A stretch of DNA of 64,000 bases from NCBI GenBank assembly GCA_002269645.1, contig NIVC01001650.1:5065-69064 (forward strand), read 5' to 3'. Source of the DNA: Macrostomum lignano. Its lineage: Eukaryota. The number at the start of each line of letters is the position of its first letter. The first letter of the stretch is position 1. This document shows, piece after piece, positions 47,031 to 58,385 of the stretch. The position numbers were made by a program, and so were the translations under genes. The notes under the pieces are model-generated. The model was given only the letters and a program-made list of their open reading frames with translations, made no database searches and was not told where the DNA came from.

Positions 47031-47910
47031 AATAAACTTGCATGAGCCAGCTGATCTCAAACTGAACCCGATCTTCCCATCCTTGATGGGCCGGTCATCG
47101 GCTAGCTGGTCACGCAATCCCCCCATTTTTTCGATTCCCCTTTTCTAACACCTTACAGTACAGCTTTCCCCATGCGATGCAACTGCTAGCTGGGTTTCAG
47201 AGGTGAGCAGGCAATGTATCGAAAGCAAGGCGCTGAGAGTGCAGCTGTGCCAGCCGGGCCGGAGTGTCGGGTTACGGTTCCTCGCGTCCTGCCGGCTAGA
47301 CCTTCTGCTTATACCATAAGCCTGCGCTGGGCTCAAACGGTTCTCCAAACAGTAGCTGTGTCACGCTCAGAGAGCGAGCTCGGCTTGTGTGAAGCAGCAG
47401 CTTTTAGGAGAACAGAGCAAATGCAAGGCTAGAAAATAAGTTCAAGCATTTTAGCCACCGTTTTGATTTAGCGTGTCAGGGCTATTTATTTATTTGTTTA
47501 TTGCCTACGAAATTATTGCCTCCATTTTAATGCGCCATTTTAAAGGGAACAGAAAAGTCAGAAACAAAATAATAATTTACACAATGGTAGATTGACTGGA
47601 CTGCAAAGCCAGGCAAAATGCAAGCAAAATTGCAGCCTTCTAAAGATACAAAGTACTCGTACGATATCCAGGGGCCGTCCCAGTAGCGTCGAAGCTTAGA
47701 AAACGAGGATGACAAAACAATCTAGCTAGAAGCGAAGACAACGTCACAGCCTTGGTTGCTAGTGACGTCATAGTCAAATGCAAGATAGTGACGGGATTCT
47801 CCAGGTGAGGGAATGAAGCTACAGCCAATGGGGAAAAGGATGCATCAAAGCGTCAATCGAGGGTACCGTAGCGTCATCGAGCAGAGTCTAATTAGCTGCA
47901 CAAATCCGGG

Positions 47911-50340
47911 CTAAACATCGGTTGTCAAGGTGACAGCCGCGGAACCACCGAGAACGTGACCTTGTAACAGCGGCTGCGTCCGCGGTGGCAGCGGTGGCGG
48001 CAGCAGCAGCTCGCGTTCCACCAGCAGCCGCGTCGCTGGCAGGCGGCCGCCACCTCGGCGCTGGTCGCCGGCACCGCGCCAGGAGTCCGGGCGATGCAGC
48101 GGGCAGCGGGCGCCGGCGATGGCCGGGTCGCTTCCGCTCGGAGCCCCGCAGCCTGCGCCCTCATCTTCGCTGCTGAAATCGTCACTGTCATCCTCCTGGC
48201 CGAGCCGGCCGGCCACGGGGAAATTGGCGCTGCCACCAGCCGGATTGGCGTCGGCACAGACGCCACCGCGCAGCAGAAAAAGCGCCGATGCCGACGCCGA
48301 CGCCGGATCGCGAGCGTACCGAGGCAGTGCCGTCATGGAGTCGTACGGAGAGCCACAACCGCCCGGCGGTACATAATCGGGCGAGACGCAGCCGCCAGCC
48401 GAGCCCCACAGCATCGGCAGCTGCCCCTGCATTGCTGCCATCGGCTGCGTCGACGGTGGCTGCAGCGGCGGCGATGTTGGCGGCGCCTTGTCTGGTGTGT
48501 CCTGACTGCGCCGGTAGCGCAGCACGGCGAATACCACGGCCACCAGGGCCAGCAGGAACAGCAGCACGGAGCCGATACCGGCCCAGAGAATCACCGACTG
48601 GTCGACAATCTGCTGTTCCCTGACCACCACCGAGTTGGTGGTGTTGGGCCGCTGCACGCACTTCCTGAGGCGGAACTCGGCAGGAGGCTCGGGTTCTCCT
48701 TGTGCACCGAAACAGCGCAGGCCGCGAATCCCGTCGCCGAGGAGTCGCCGCTGCCGCTCCCAGGCGTCCGGCTCGAGCTGGGAGCAGCTGCAGCGGACGG
48801 TGACGGAAGCGCCAAGGTCCACACGTGGCGGCGTGGCGCGGCCGGCGGACGCCAGATTGAGCAGGCTGGGCGGTAGGCTGAGCAGCGGGTTGCCGCTGAG
48901 GTTCAGCCAGTGCAGGCTGGTGAAGGCGGCCAGCGGGGCGAAATCCGTAGCCGCAGTGATGCGGTTTCTGCTCAGGTCGATCCGCTGCACAAGACTGGCG
49001 TTGGCGAGCTTGCCGGCGAATTTGAGGCTGGATATCCGGTTGTCGGCCAGCAGCAGATTGTAGCGCACCGGGTGCACGCTGGCTGGAAGGCGCCGCGGCA
49101 AAGCTGAAAGCCCGGCGCCGCGGCATTTCAGTGTCAGCTCGGACGGCATGACGCGCTCGGTGCAGCCGCAGCCGGTCGGACAGTCGTCGGTGTGCTCGCA
49201 GCGGAGATCCGTATCGGCCAAGCTCGTGATGTTTTTCCTGCTGACATAGCCACCACCTGGGAGGCTGGTGGGGTCGCAGCGCAGGCGGAGCCAGTAAGCC
49301 AGCGACAGCGCGTTCCGCCTGGAAAACTCGTCCGGATCCCGGTGAACCCGGCGCAGGAATGACCACGCGGACAGCAGGCGGCAGTCGCAGGTGACCGTCG
49401 AGTCGGTGTTGTCGATGTACAAAAACGACCGGAAGGCGTCCCGGTAGAGCTTCAGCGCGTTTACCACGGCGTCAGTGGCCGCGTCAGAGTCGGAGTCCAG
49501 GCTGGGCACCGGGAGGCCCCAGAGGGTGCGGCCGTCGGCAAAGGCCTCCGGGCCGATGCGGTTTTGCACGAGCTGCACGGACAGGCGGGCGTAGTAGTTC
49601 GGGTCCTGGGTGCGCCGCCAGTTCCGCTCGGCGGCGATCGCGGCCACCTTGTCGGGCGTCCAGCGCCATCGGAGCCGGTCGGTGACGCGGGACACCCGGT
49701 TGTAACTCAGGTCGATGTCCTGCAGGCTGGGCAGGCGCACCAGTGAGATGTCCACCTGCTTGATGCGGCAGCGGCTGGCCAGGATCGTCTTGAGCGCCGC
49801 GCTGCTGCGGCCTGACTGAGACTGCAGCGCCTCGCTGAGGTAGAGCGACTCCAGCTGGCGGTTGTCGGACAGGTCCAGCTGCTCGAGGCCCGGCAGGCGG
49901 AGGAACTGCGAGATGTCGGCCTCGCGAAGGCGGTTGGCCCGCAGGCTGAGCCAGCGCAGGCGGGACAGGCAGCCGGGCCTGTCGGACAGCTGGCCGGCAG
50001 GATAGCGGAATTCGGCTATCAAATTCTCGGCCAAGTCCAGGCCGGACAGCTGATCGAACTGGCAGAATCCGGACAGGGGAGCCTCGGACAGTTGGGCGCG
50101 GCGCATGGTGAAGTTGAGCACCCGGTCGGGCTGGTAGGCCGTCTCGTGCAGGTGGCAGCGCTCGGGGAAATTGTTGCTGGGCCGGCACTCGTGGGCGGTG
50201 AGCATTCGGTAGTCGCCGCCGCCCGAGCTTGACCGAATATTTTTCACCTGGACGCTGTGGCAAAATCGCCAGGGACAGCCGACTGCCACAGGTGGCAGCA
50301 GCAACAGCAGAAGCAGCGGCAGCAGCGTCTCCGGCCTCAT
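47911..50340 (-). CDS. Single-exon LRR type I transmembrane receptor (Toll-like ectodomain, no TIR), 809 aa
   Basis: Continuous ORF; likely ATG at 50340 (MRPETLLPLLLLLLLPPVAVG signal peptide). Multiple LxxLxLxxN repeats, internal LRRCT (CDCRL) plus LRRNT (CPTGCGC), a second LRR block and LRRCT, TM ILWAGIGSVLLFLLALVAVVFAVL, and a low-complexity tail ending TTDV. Confidence 0.88.
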   Translation of the reverse strand: MRPETLLPLLLLLLLPPVAVGCPWRFCHSVQVKNIRSSSGGGDYRMLTAHECRPSNNFPERCHLHETAYQPDRVLNFTMRRAQLSEAPLSGFCQFDQLSGLDLAENLIAEFRYPAGQLSDRPGCLSRLRWLSLRANRLREADISQFLRLPGLEQLDLSDNRQLESLYLSEALQSQSGRSSAALKTILASRCRIKQVDISLVRLPSLQDIDLSYNRVSRVTDRLRWRWTPDKVAAIAAERNWRRTQDPNYYARLSVQLVQNRIGPEAFADGRTLWGLPVPSLDSDSDAATDAVVNALKLYRDAFRSFLYIDNTDSTVTCDCRLLSAWSFLRRVHRDPDEFSRRNALSLAYWLRLRCDPTSLPGGGYVSRKNITSLADTDLRCEHTDDCPTGCGCTERVMPSELTLKCRGAGLSALPRRLPASVHPVRYNLLLADNRISSLKFAGKLANASLVQRIDLSRNRITAATDFAPLAAFTSLHWLNLSGNPLLSLPPSLLNLASAGRATPPRVDLGASVTVRCSCSQLEPDAWERQRRLLGDGIRGLRCFGAQGEPEPPAEFRLRKCVQRPNTTNSVVVREQQIVDQSVILWAGIGSVLLFLLALVAVVFAVLRYRRSQDTPDKAPPTSPPLQPPSTQPMAAMQGQLPMLWGSAGGCVSPDYVPPGGCGSPYDSMTALPRYARDPASASASALFLLRGGVCADANPAGGSANFPVAGRLGQEDDSDDFSSEDEGAGCGAPSGSDPAIAGARCPLHRPDSWRGAGDQRRGGGRLPATRLLVERELLLPPPLPPRTQPLLQGHVLGGSAAVTLTTDV

Positions 50341-51446
50341 CGCCAGCTCAGTCAGTCGGTCACGCACACTGGAGCTGCTCCAGTTAAGTTGCGCGCATGG
50401 CTTCAAGAAATCGAGAAGATGAAAAGAAGTTTGTTGGTTGCTTGGCACGGCTCAGCAAACAGTAACGGGAGAGGCTGGGGATGCAATCGAAGCAGTCCTG
50501 GCAGGAGTTGCAATGGGCGGCGTTGCCTTGGCGGAGCGCAGAGCAGAAGTCAGATTATACTGGCAGCGGCAAGGGAGTTTGCAGCCGGGCTCTGACGAAT
50601 ATTGCAGGGAATCGCTGAGCAAATTTTCGCATTACCTCTTCTTATCTTCTCTCTCTCTCCTTAGCCCTGCTCAATCGGGGCGAATTGCTGTGTGTTTGTC
50701 TCCAGCCAACCAGAGGGCAGGTGGGCCAAGCAGGGGTGGGCGGGGCAGGTGGCTCGCAGCTGCATACAGAGATTAGGCGGGACGGAGGGCTCCGCTTGGC
50801 AGCAGGTGAGACACAGCGCCCTGTGGAGCCGTGCCAGCGCCTCACTAACCCCCCTCCGCCCCCGTACACTGCCGAACTTGTCGGCCACTTTGAAACTTGA
50901 GGCACTTCGCTCATCTGTGCTTTCTCAATGCTCACGCACCCACTTGTGGGCGTAAAGTTAGAACTCAATTTTTGCGGTCCTGTTTTTTAGCAAAGCCGAG
51001 CTTGAGCTCGACTGGCAGGCAGTCCCGGCGCGCCACCTACGCATTTTTAGCGCTGATGTCACGCGGCGTGACTATTAATAGAAACAAATTTTATTGCTTT
51101 TTATTTCGCTCTCATGACGAAACACCAAGCCGGACGCTTCCATTCAGATAAAAGCAGAGTTTGAAGCCTCTCCGTCCAGGCTGCATGACTGCTGTTAAAT
51201 TGCTTCTCGTTATTGTAGTTTGCAAATTATGAAATATGACTTCAACTTCAAGCTCCGAAACGGCTGCTGAGATGGGAATGATGAGGCAAAGAATGATTAT
51301 ATCAATCCTGTTATACTAATGAGCGATGTGTTAAGCTGTCTTTGCTGCCAAATATGCTAAGTGCCACCGAAAGCTGTCGTATGGCGCTTAGGGTGTCGGT
51401 GGCAGCAAAGCTATCAGATGTCAGGGAGGCGTCAGATGGAGCAGGG

Positions 51447-52330
51447 AGGCGCCAAAGGGGCAGGAAGGCGCCAAATGGGATAGGGGGTGCCAAATGGGAC
51501 AGAGAAGCGCCAAATAGGATAGGGAGGCGCCAAATGGGACAGAGAGGCGCCAAATAGGACAGAGAAGCGCCAAATGGGACAGAGAGGCGTCAAGTGGGAC
51601 AGGCAGGGGCCAAATAGGACAGAGAGGCGCCAAATGGGACAGAGAGGCGCCAAATAGGATAGGGAGGTGCCAAATAGGATAGGGAGGCGCCAAATGGGAT
51701 AGAAAGGCGCCAAATGAGACAGGAAGGCGCCAAATGGGACAGATAGGCGCCAAATAGGATAGGGAGGCGCCAAATGGGACAGAGAGGCGCCAAATGGGAC
51801 AGAGAGGCGTCAAATAGGATAGGGAGGCGCCAACTGGGACAGAGAGGCGCCAAATGGGACAGATAGGCGCCAAATAGGATAGGGAGGCGCCAAATGGGAC
51901 AGAGAGGCGCCAAATGGGACAGAGAGGCGTCAAATAGGATAGGGAGGCGCCAACTGGGACAGAGAGGCGCCAAATGGGACAGAGAGGCGTCAAATAGGAT
52001 AGGGAGGCGCCAACTGGGACAGAGAGGCGCCAAATGGGACAGATAGGCGCCAAATAGGATAGGGAGGCGCCAAATGGGACAGAGAGGCGCCAAATGGGAC
52101 AGAGAGGCGCCAAATAGGATAGGGAGGCGCCAACTGGGACAGAGAGGCGCCAAATGGGACAGATAGGCGCCAAATAGGATAGGGAGGCGCCAAATGGGAC
52201 AGAAAGGCGCCAAATGGGACAGGAAGGCGTCAAATGGGACAGGAAGGCGCCAAATAGGATAGGGAGGCGCCAAATGGGACAGAAAGGCGCCAAATGGGAC
52301 AGGAAGGCGTCAAATGGGACAGGGAGGCGC
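51447..52330. repeat. 20-bp minisatellite GGCGCCAAATGGGACAGAGA
   Basis: About 44 units at an exact 20-bp phase. Confidence 0.95.
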
Positions 52331-52749
52331 CCAAAGATGTTTGGGGCGCCACATCCAGTCGGGGCGGAGCTTGGCGACAGCAGCGGTTAGATCTGTGCCG
52401 AAGCGAGGGGCAGTGCGTCTGCCGCTCACAGGCGTTTAGCAGGGCTCGTCTCTGACTAGGACTGCATTGTAAACATCTGCATGGTCCTCAGGGTCATCTG
52501 CACCACATTTTTACAGCAAAGAAAGTGCTGCGGCTAATGCACACGGGGTAGTAGTGCATGGCGGAGCCATCAATTATTAAGCGCTGATGGCGAAAAGTCG
52601 CAATTGGGCCGCCCATTAAGTAGAATTATCAGGATTGGCTCGAAACTACAAGTAGAAATTCTGCTCGAGTAAAAGCCAGCCGTTTTTTGGTTACTTTCCA
52701 TTGGGTTGCGGGATCGGGATGCGGGATCGGGATGCTGCATGCGGGATCG

Positions 52750-54750
52750 GGGGTCGCCATCACAAACCCGAAAAATCACAACTCCGAAAGCACTTCCCAT
52801 CACAAACCCGAAATATCATAACTTCGAAAACCAAAATAGTGTTGGACATTGCTAGAACTTTCGGAGTTATGATATTTCGGGCTTGTGATATTTCGGGTTT
52901 ATGATATTTCGGGTTTATGATATTTCGGGTTTATGATATTTCGGGTTTATGATATTTCGGGTTTATGATATTTCGGGTTTATAATATTTCGGGTTTATGA
53001 TATTTCGGGTTTATGATATTTCGGGTTTATGATATTTCGGGTTTATGATATTTCGGGTTTATGATATTTCGGGTTTATGATATTTCGGGTTTATGATATT
53101 TCGGGTTTATGATATTTCGGGTTTATGATATTTCGGGTTTATGATATTTCGGGTTTATGATATTTCGGGTTTGTGATATTTCGGGTTTATGATATTTCGG
53201 GTTTATGATATTTCGGGTTTATGATATTTCAGGTTTATGATATTTCAGGTTTATGATATTTCGGGTTTATGATATTTCAGGTTTATGATATTTCGGGTTT
53301 ATGATATTTCGGGTTTATGATATTTCGGGTTTATGATATTTCGGGTTTATGATATTTCGGGTTTATAATATTTCGGGTTTATGATATTTCGGGTTTATGA
53401 TATTTCGGGCTTGTGATATTTCGGGTTTATGATATTTCGGGTTTATGATATTTCGGGCTTGTGATATTTCGGGTTTATGATATTTCGGGTTTATGATATT
53501 TCGGGTTTATGATATTTCGGGTTTATGATATTTCGGGTTTATGATATTTCGGGTTTATGATATTTCGGGTTTATGATATTTCGGGTTTATGATATTTCGG
53601 GTTTATGATATTTCGGGTTTATGATATTTCGGGTTTATGATATTTCGGGTTTATGATATTTCGGGTTTATGATATTTCCGGTTTATGATATTTCGGGTTT
53701 ATGATATTTCGGGTTTATGATATTTCGGGTTTATGATATTTCGGGTTTATGATATTTCGGGTTTATGATATTTCGGGTTTATGATATTTCGGGTTTATGA
53801 TATTTCGGGTTTATGATATTTCGGGTTTATGATATTTCGGGTTTATGATATTTCGGGTTTATGATATTTCGGGTTTGTGATATTTCGGGTTTATGATATT
53901 TCGGGTTTATGATATTTCGGGTTTATGATATTTCAGGTTTATGATATTTCAGGTTTATGATATTTCGGGTTTATGATATTTCAGGTTTATGATATTTCGG
54001 GTTTATGATATTTCGGGTTTATGATATTTCGGGTTTATGATATTTCGGGTTTATGATATTTCGGGTTTATGATATTTCGGGTTTATGATATTTCGGGTTT
54101 ATGATATTTCGGGTTTATGATATTTCGGGTTTATGATATTTCGGGTTTATGATATTTCGGGTTTATGATATTTCGGGTTTATGATATTTCGGGTTTATGA
54201 TATTTCGGGTTTATGATATTTCGGGTTTGTGATATTTCGGGTTTATGATATTTCGGGTTTATGATATTTCGGGTTTATGATATTTCAGGTTTATGATATT
54301 TCGGGTTTATGATATTTCGGGTTTATGATATTTCGGGTTTATGATATTTCGGGTTTATGATATTTCGGGTTTATGATATTTCGGGTTTATGATATTTCGG
54401 GTTTATGATATTTCGGGTTTATGATATTTCGGGTTTATGATATTTCGGGTTTATGATATTTCGGGTTTGTGATATTTCGGGTTTATGATATTTCGGGTTT
54501 ATGATATTTCGGGTTTATGATATTTCAGGTTTATGATATTTCGGGTTTATGATATTTCGGGTTTATGATATTTCGGGTTTATGATATTTCGGGTTTATGA
54601 TATTTCGGGTTTATGATATTTCGGGTTTATGATATTTCGGGTTTATGATATTTCGGGTTTATGATATTTCGGGTTTATGATATTTCGGGTTTATGATGGA
54701 AAGCGCTTTTCCGAGTTGTGATTTTTCGCGTTTGTGATGCCCCCGGGGAT
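52750..54750. mobile_element. Foldback-like inverted-repeat structure containing a 16-bp tandem array
   Basis: 52750-52829 is the reverse complement of both 52859-52889 (29-nt loop) and ~54672-54745. Between them lie ~114 copies of GATATTTCGGGTTTAT. Confidence 0.45.
52860..54695. repeat. 16-bp minisatellite GATATTTCGGGTTTAT, ~114 copies
   Basis: Highly homogeneous array. Confidence 0.97.
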
Positions 54751-54789
54751 GGGGACGTTGGATCGGAAAGCGAAATCGAGATCGGGATC

Positions 54790-54975
54790 CCAATCGGGGT
54801 GTGGGATCGGGATGTGGGATTGAGATGCGGGACCGGGATGCGGGGTCGGGATGTGGGATCGGGATGTGGGATCGGGATGTGGGATCGGGATGTGGGATTG
54901 GGATGTGGGATCGGGATGCGGGATCGGGATGCGGGATCGGGATGTGGGATTGGGATGTGGGATCGGGATGCGGGA
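54790..54975. repeat. GGGATC/GGGATG hexamer repeat
   Basis: Similar units also occur at 52705-52750. Confidence 0.85.
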
Positions 54976-55271
54976 TCAGGAACGGAATCCTGGATGTCAA
55001 ACCTGGATGTCTATTTTTTTTCAGATCGCAAACCTGTGTAGCTGAATAATCTTTTTGATTCGAATTTCTGTTTTTCAGTTTTAAAGAAATTTGAGTTTTT
55101 CTGCCTCAGCTTTCGTGACTGCTCTTTCGTATAGCGGAGAGGCTGCTCTTCTAGCCTGCAAAATATTCCCCTTTTTTGCACGATTTCACTCAGCGATTTT
55201 GTCTTCTACTTCTTTTCTAATCTCGTACCAGCGTCTACCTTGCCTTCTAGCCTAAAAATACTGTTCACTTT

Positions 55272-55650
55272 AATCCCCACCCCAATAAACTCGAATCCCC
55301 ACCCCGATAAACTCGAATCCCCACCCCAATAAACTCAAATCCCCACCCCAATAGACTTGAATCCCCACCCCAATAGACTCGAATCCCCACCCCAATAGAC
55401 TTGAATTCCCACCCCAATAAACTCGAATCCCCACCCCAATAGACTTGAATCCCCACCCCGATAGACTTGAATCCCCACCCCAATAAACTCGAATCCCCAC
55501 CCCGATAAACTCAAATCCCCACCCCAATAGACTTGAATCCCCACCCCAATAGACTCGAATCCCCACCCCAATAGACTTGAATCCCCACCCCAATAAACTT
55601 GAATCCCCACCCCAATAAACTCGAATCCCCACCCCAATAAACTCGAATCC
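55272..55650. repeat. 22-bp minisatellite CCCCACCCCAATA(A/G)ACT(C/T)GAAT
   Basis: Tandem array. Confidence 0.9.
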
Positions 55651-56939
55651 CAATCTCAATCAGGTGATTTTGATCCCCCACGCCCCCATTTATTCTTTCC
55701 TGGCGCACAAGGAGCAAAATATTTTCATAAGAGCAGATCAATAAATCTCCATGTCAGAACAGCCGAGAATTCAACCGGATGCTGGCCAGATGCAGTTACT
55801 GTAAACAATGTCCCCTATATTATAATTTTTCAGCCCTTTCACAAACAGCAGCCGAAAATGACCCAGCCCTCACCTGATGGTGTCGAAAGAGAAGCAAGAA
55901 AATCGAAAACTGCAGCAGCAGCAAAACTAATGACAAGAAAGGCAGACTTGAGTAAGGCCTGATGAAGCTGTCTTGTATTCGGAAGCTGGATCGGAGACGG
56001 GGGTCTACAGTTGCATGTGAATTCGGTTCTGCCCGCATCAAGTCATTCGCTGACACACAGACAGGGCGGGGCGATGCGGAAGCTGAATAAGTTGATGAAG
56101 CAGCCTTGAGCTGAGGGCGAGAGCGCGGCCAAGGCGTACTTGAACTGAAATCTCTGGACTGGCAAACTGCACCCCTGAAACCTTCGTTTCTTACAAGAGA
56201 ACACCGGAAGCAGTTCGCTTTAGCTTTGTCTGCAGCACAGTGGAAATTCAGAGATCTGACTCACTGGCCAACTTCAGAGCAGGATTGATCAACAAAATTT
56301 AAAGTTCAACCACAGTTCAACCGCTTTTAGCGGAACATCCTTTGGTCTTCACTGAACAGAAATTCACAAATCATTTCTCAGTTTTAGTAGCAGAGCGCGG
56401 AAATCGACCAGGGGCTTGTCGCGTGACGTAGATGCCAACCCCGAAGGTACAAATAGCTCGTAATTATATTCGCTGGACAGTCGGGGACGCTGTACAAGCC
56501 TGCACATCCGTGAGCGTGTGCGGAGCCTGACTTCAGAGTAAAAAAGACAGTGAAATTGAGTTGCGAGTCCGGATGTCTCGTCTTAAAACTCCTCGGCCGG
56601 GCTGTAGACCCGCACGGATCTGCATGGCCCCGATCTCTTTCGCAGGCAGCCTCGAGTCCGCGCGTCCTTCTCCCCAGCTATTCCGCGCTCATTTTTTCGC
56701 AGATTAGCCAAATTTAAGCTGCCTGCACTTCATCAAGGTCTATTCCCAGATACAGCCAGTCTCCCCCCAATCATCTGCGAGCGACTTCCTCCGTCTTCTT
56801 TCAAGGCAGATTATTAAAAAATATATCTTTTTTCTTAAATTGCTCTGCTAGCGGAAATGTCTCAATACGTACGAGTAAGGAGCACCCGGCTGTCACGATA
56901 CTCGCCAATTTCTAAGCAAAGATGAATAGGAAGACAAAA

Positions 56940-57780
56940 ATCAACAATAAATAAATTTAATTTAACGACGCGTTTCGCACGATACTGTGCATCTTCAGGT
57001 TTATTTTGAGCGAAAGAAACGAGTGAGATCGGCAGTAAATAAATAATATTTGAAGTACAGGTTTGTTGGTCCAAAAGTCGAGCGGCAAAGTCCAGGGACG
57101 GAATGATAGCGATATAGTTAGAAGTATATAATGTACATCCAGTGTCCCCTCCCTCAGAACACACGGAGAACATGTCCCGCGCCACTGTGTTGGAGTTGAG
57201 TGTTGAGGTTGGGGGAATGCGCTTTAATGTACAGCGCTTCAAGTATCTGGAGTTTGGAGTCAAATGAGCATTGAGCAACGACTTTGAAGCGCTCTTCGGT
57301 TTGCAGTTGGAGCAACAATTACACTCTAAGAGTGGTTTTGTAAAGCCGACGGTTTCAGCCAGTGCTCCCTGATTCTAGTGTGCAGGTGCCTTTTTGTCTT
57401 CCCCACGTAGTAGACGCTCTGGTCATCAGAGCAGTTGAACTGATAAACGACACCAGCACGAAGAGCACAGGGAACACGTGACTTCAACCGACCGACAAAG
57501 TTGTCAACCTTAGCAGAACGAAAGATGACCAGAGGTTTTTCAGGTTTATGAACCTCACAGACCCCGTAGAGCTGACCAAGTTGGCTCCCACTGGGCAGGA
57601 TGTGCTGGTAAGTGCTTTTATCCATGAGCTTTACGGGGTTCTGTAAGGTTCATAAACCTGAAAACCTCTTAGACCAATCGTCTATGATTAACACCGCTGA
57701 ATATGAGCTGGCCAAGTATCTGGATTCCCCCATCAAGCCTCTCATTCCGTCTTACTTGCCAATCTTACTTGCCAAGCGAG
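56940..57780 (-). mobile_element. Penelope-like retroelement relic (GIY-YIG endonuclease, RT fragments, inverted 5' piece)
   Basis: Minus strand: PSGSQLGQLYG..VHKP (RT N-terminus) fused to GVVYQFNC...YYVGKTKRHLHTRIREH and, after a frameshift, FKVVAQC...LQILEALYIKAHSPNLNTQL, stop at 57154. Plus strand 57627-57780: VHKPE...SMINTAEYELAKYLD..IKPLIP, an inverted RT piece. Confidence 0.85.
56960..57006 (-). ncRNA. Minimal type I hammerhead ribozyme motif in the Penelope-like element 3' region
   Basis: Minus strand reads AAAC-CUGAAGA-U-GCAC-AGUAUC-GUGC-GAAA-CGCG-UC-GUU. It has the conserved core, a 4-bp stem II, a palindromic stem III (ACGCGU) and a GUC cleavage triplet (cut after 56967). Stem I is short (3 contiguous bp). 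Confidence 0.7.
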
Positions 57781-58059
57781 CAACTTTACCTGAGTTTTAC
57801 TTTCAAATCTAAGCAAAGAAATTTAATAACTCAGGTAAGAATCACCACATTTTCGCGTTCACCTTTAGAGACCGTCGTGAGGCTACGCGCGAAAGAGCAA
57901 GTGAATGTAAGAGCAACTCACTCTACTGACAGTAAATGAATCAGGGTAATTTTAGAAAAAAACTTTGCAAACAATCAAATTTAAGAAATGTCGGGTATAG
58001 ACCAAAAAAGCAATATCCGCAAGAGCGCTGTGGTCACCATGGCGCAACGCTTTCGGTCG

Positions 58060-58385
58060 ATTGACTGCGGTCAAGCGGACAATTGACTGCGGTCAAGCGG
58101 ACAAAATGACTGCGGACAATTGACTGCGGTCAAGCGGACAAAATGACTGCCGACCGACAATTGACTGCCAACAAAATGACTGCCGACAATTTGACTGCGG
58201 CGATTTGATTGCGGACAAAATGACTGCCGACAATTTGACTGCCGACAAAATGACTGCCGACAATTTGACTGCCGACAAAATGACTGCCGACAATTTGACT
58301 GCCGACAAAATGACTGCCGACAATTTGACTGCCGACAAAATGACTGCCGACAAAATGACTGCCGACAATTTGACTGCCGACAAAA
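58060..58385. repeat. 15-bp minisatellite TGACTGCCGACAA(AA/TT)
   Basis: Alternating units. Confidence 0.85.

Noticed and set aside
48094-50263. Overlapping ORFs on other frames of the LRR gene
   Set aside because: Shadow ORFs caused by high GC3 codon bias.
55830-56145. Minus-strand frame with an in-frame TGA (56045-56043) between Cys-rich segments, considered as a selenoprotein
   Set aside because: No recognisable selenoprotein motif or SECIS, and no consistent gene model.
57825-57870. GGTAAGAATC resembling a flatworm spliced-leader RNA donor
   Set aside because: No leader sequence ending in ATG, no stem-loops and no Sm site; an ordinary donor-like motif.
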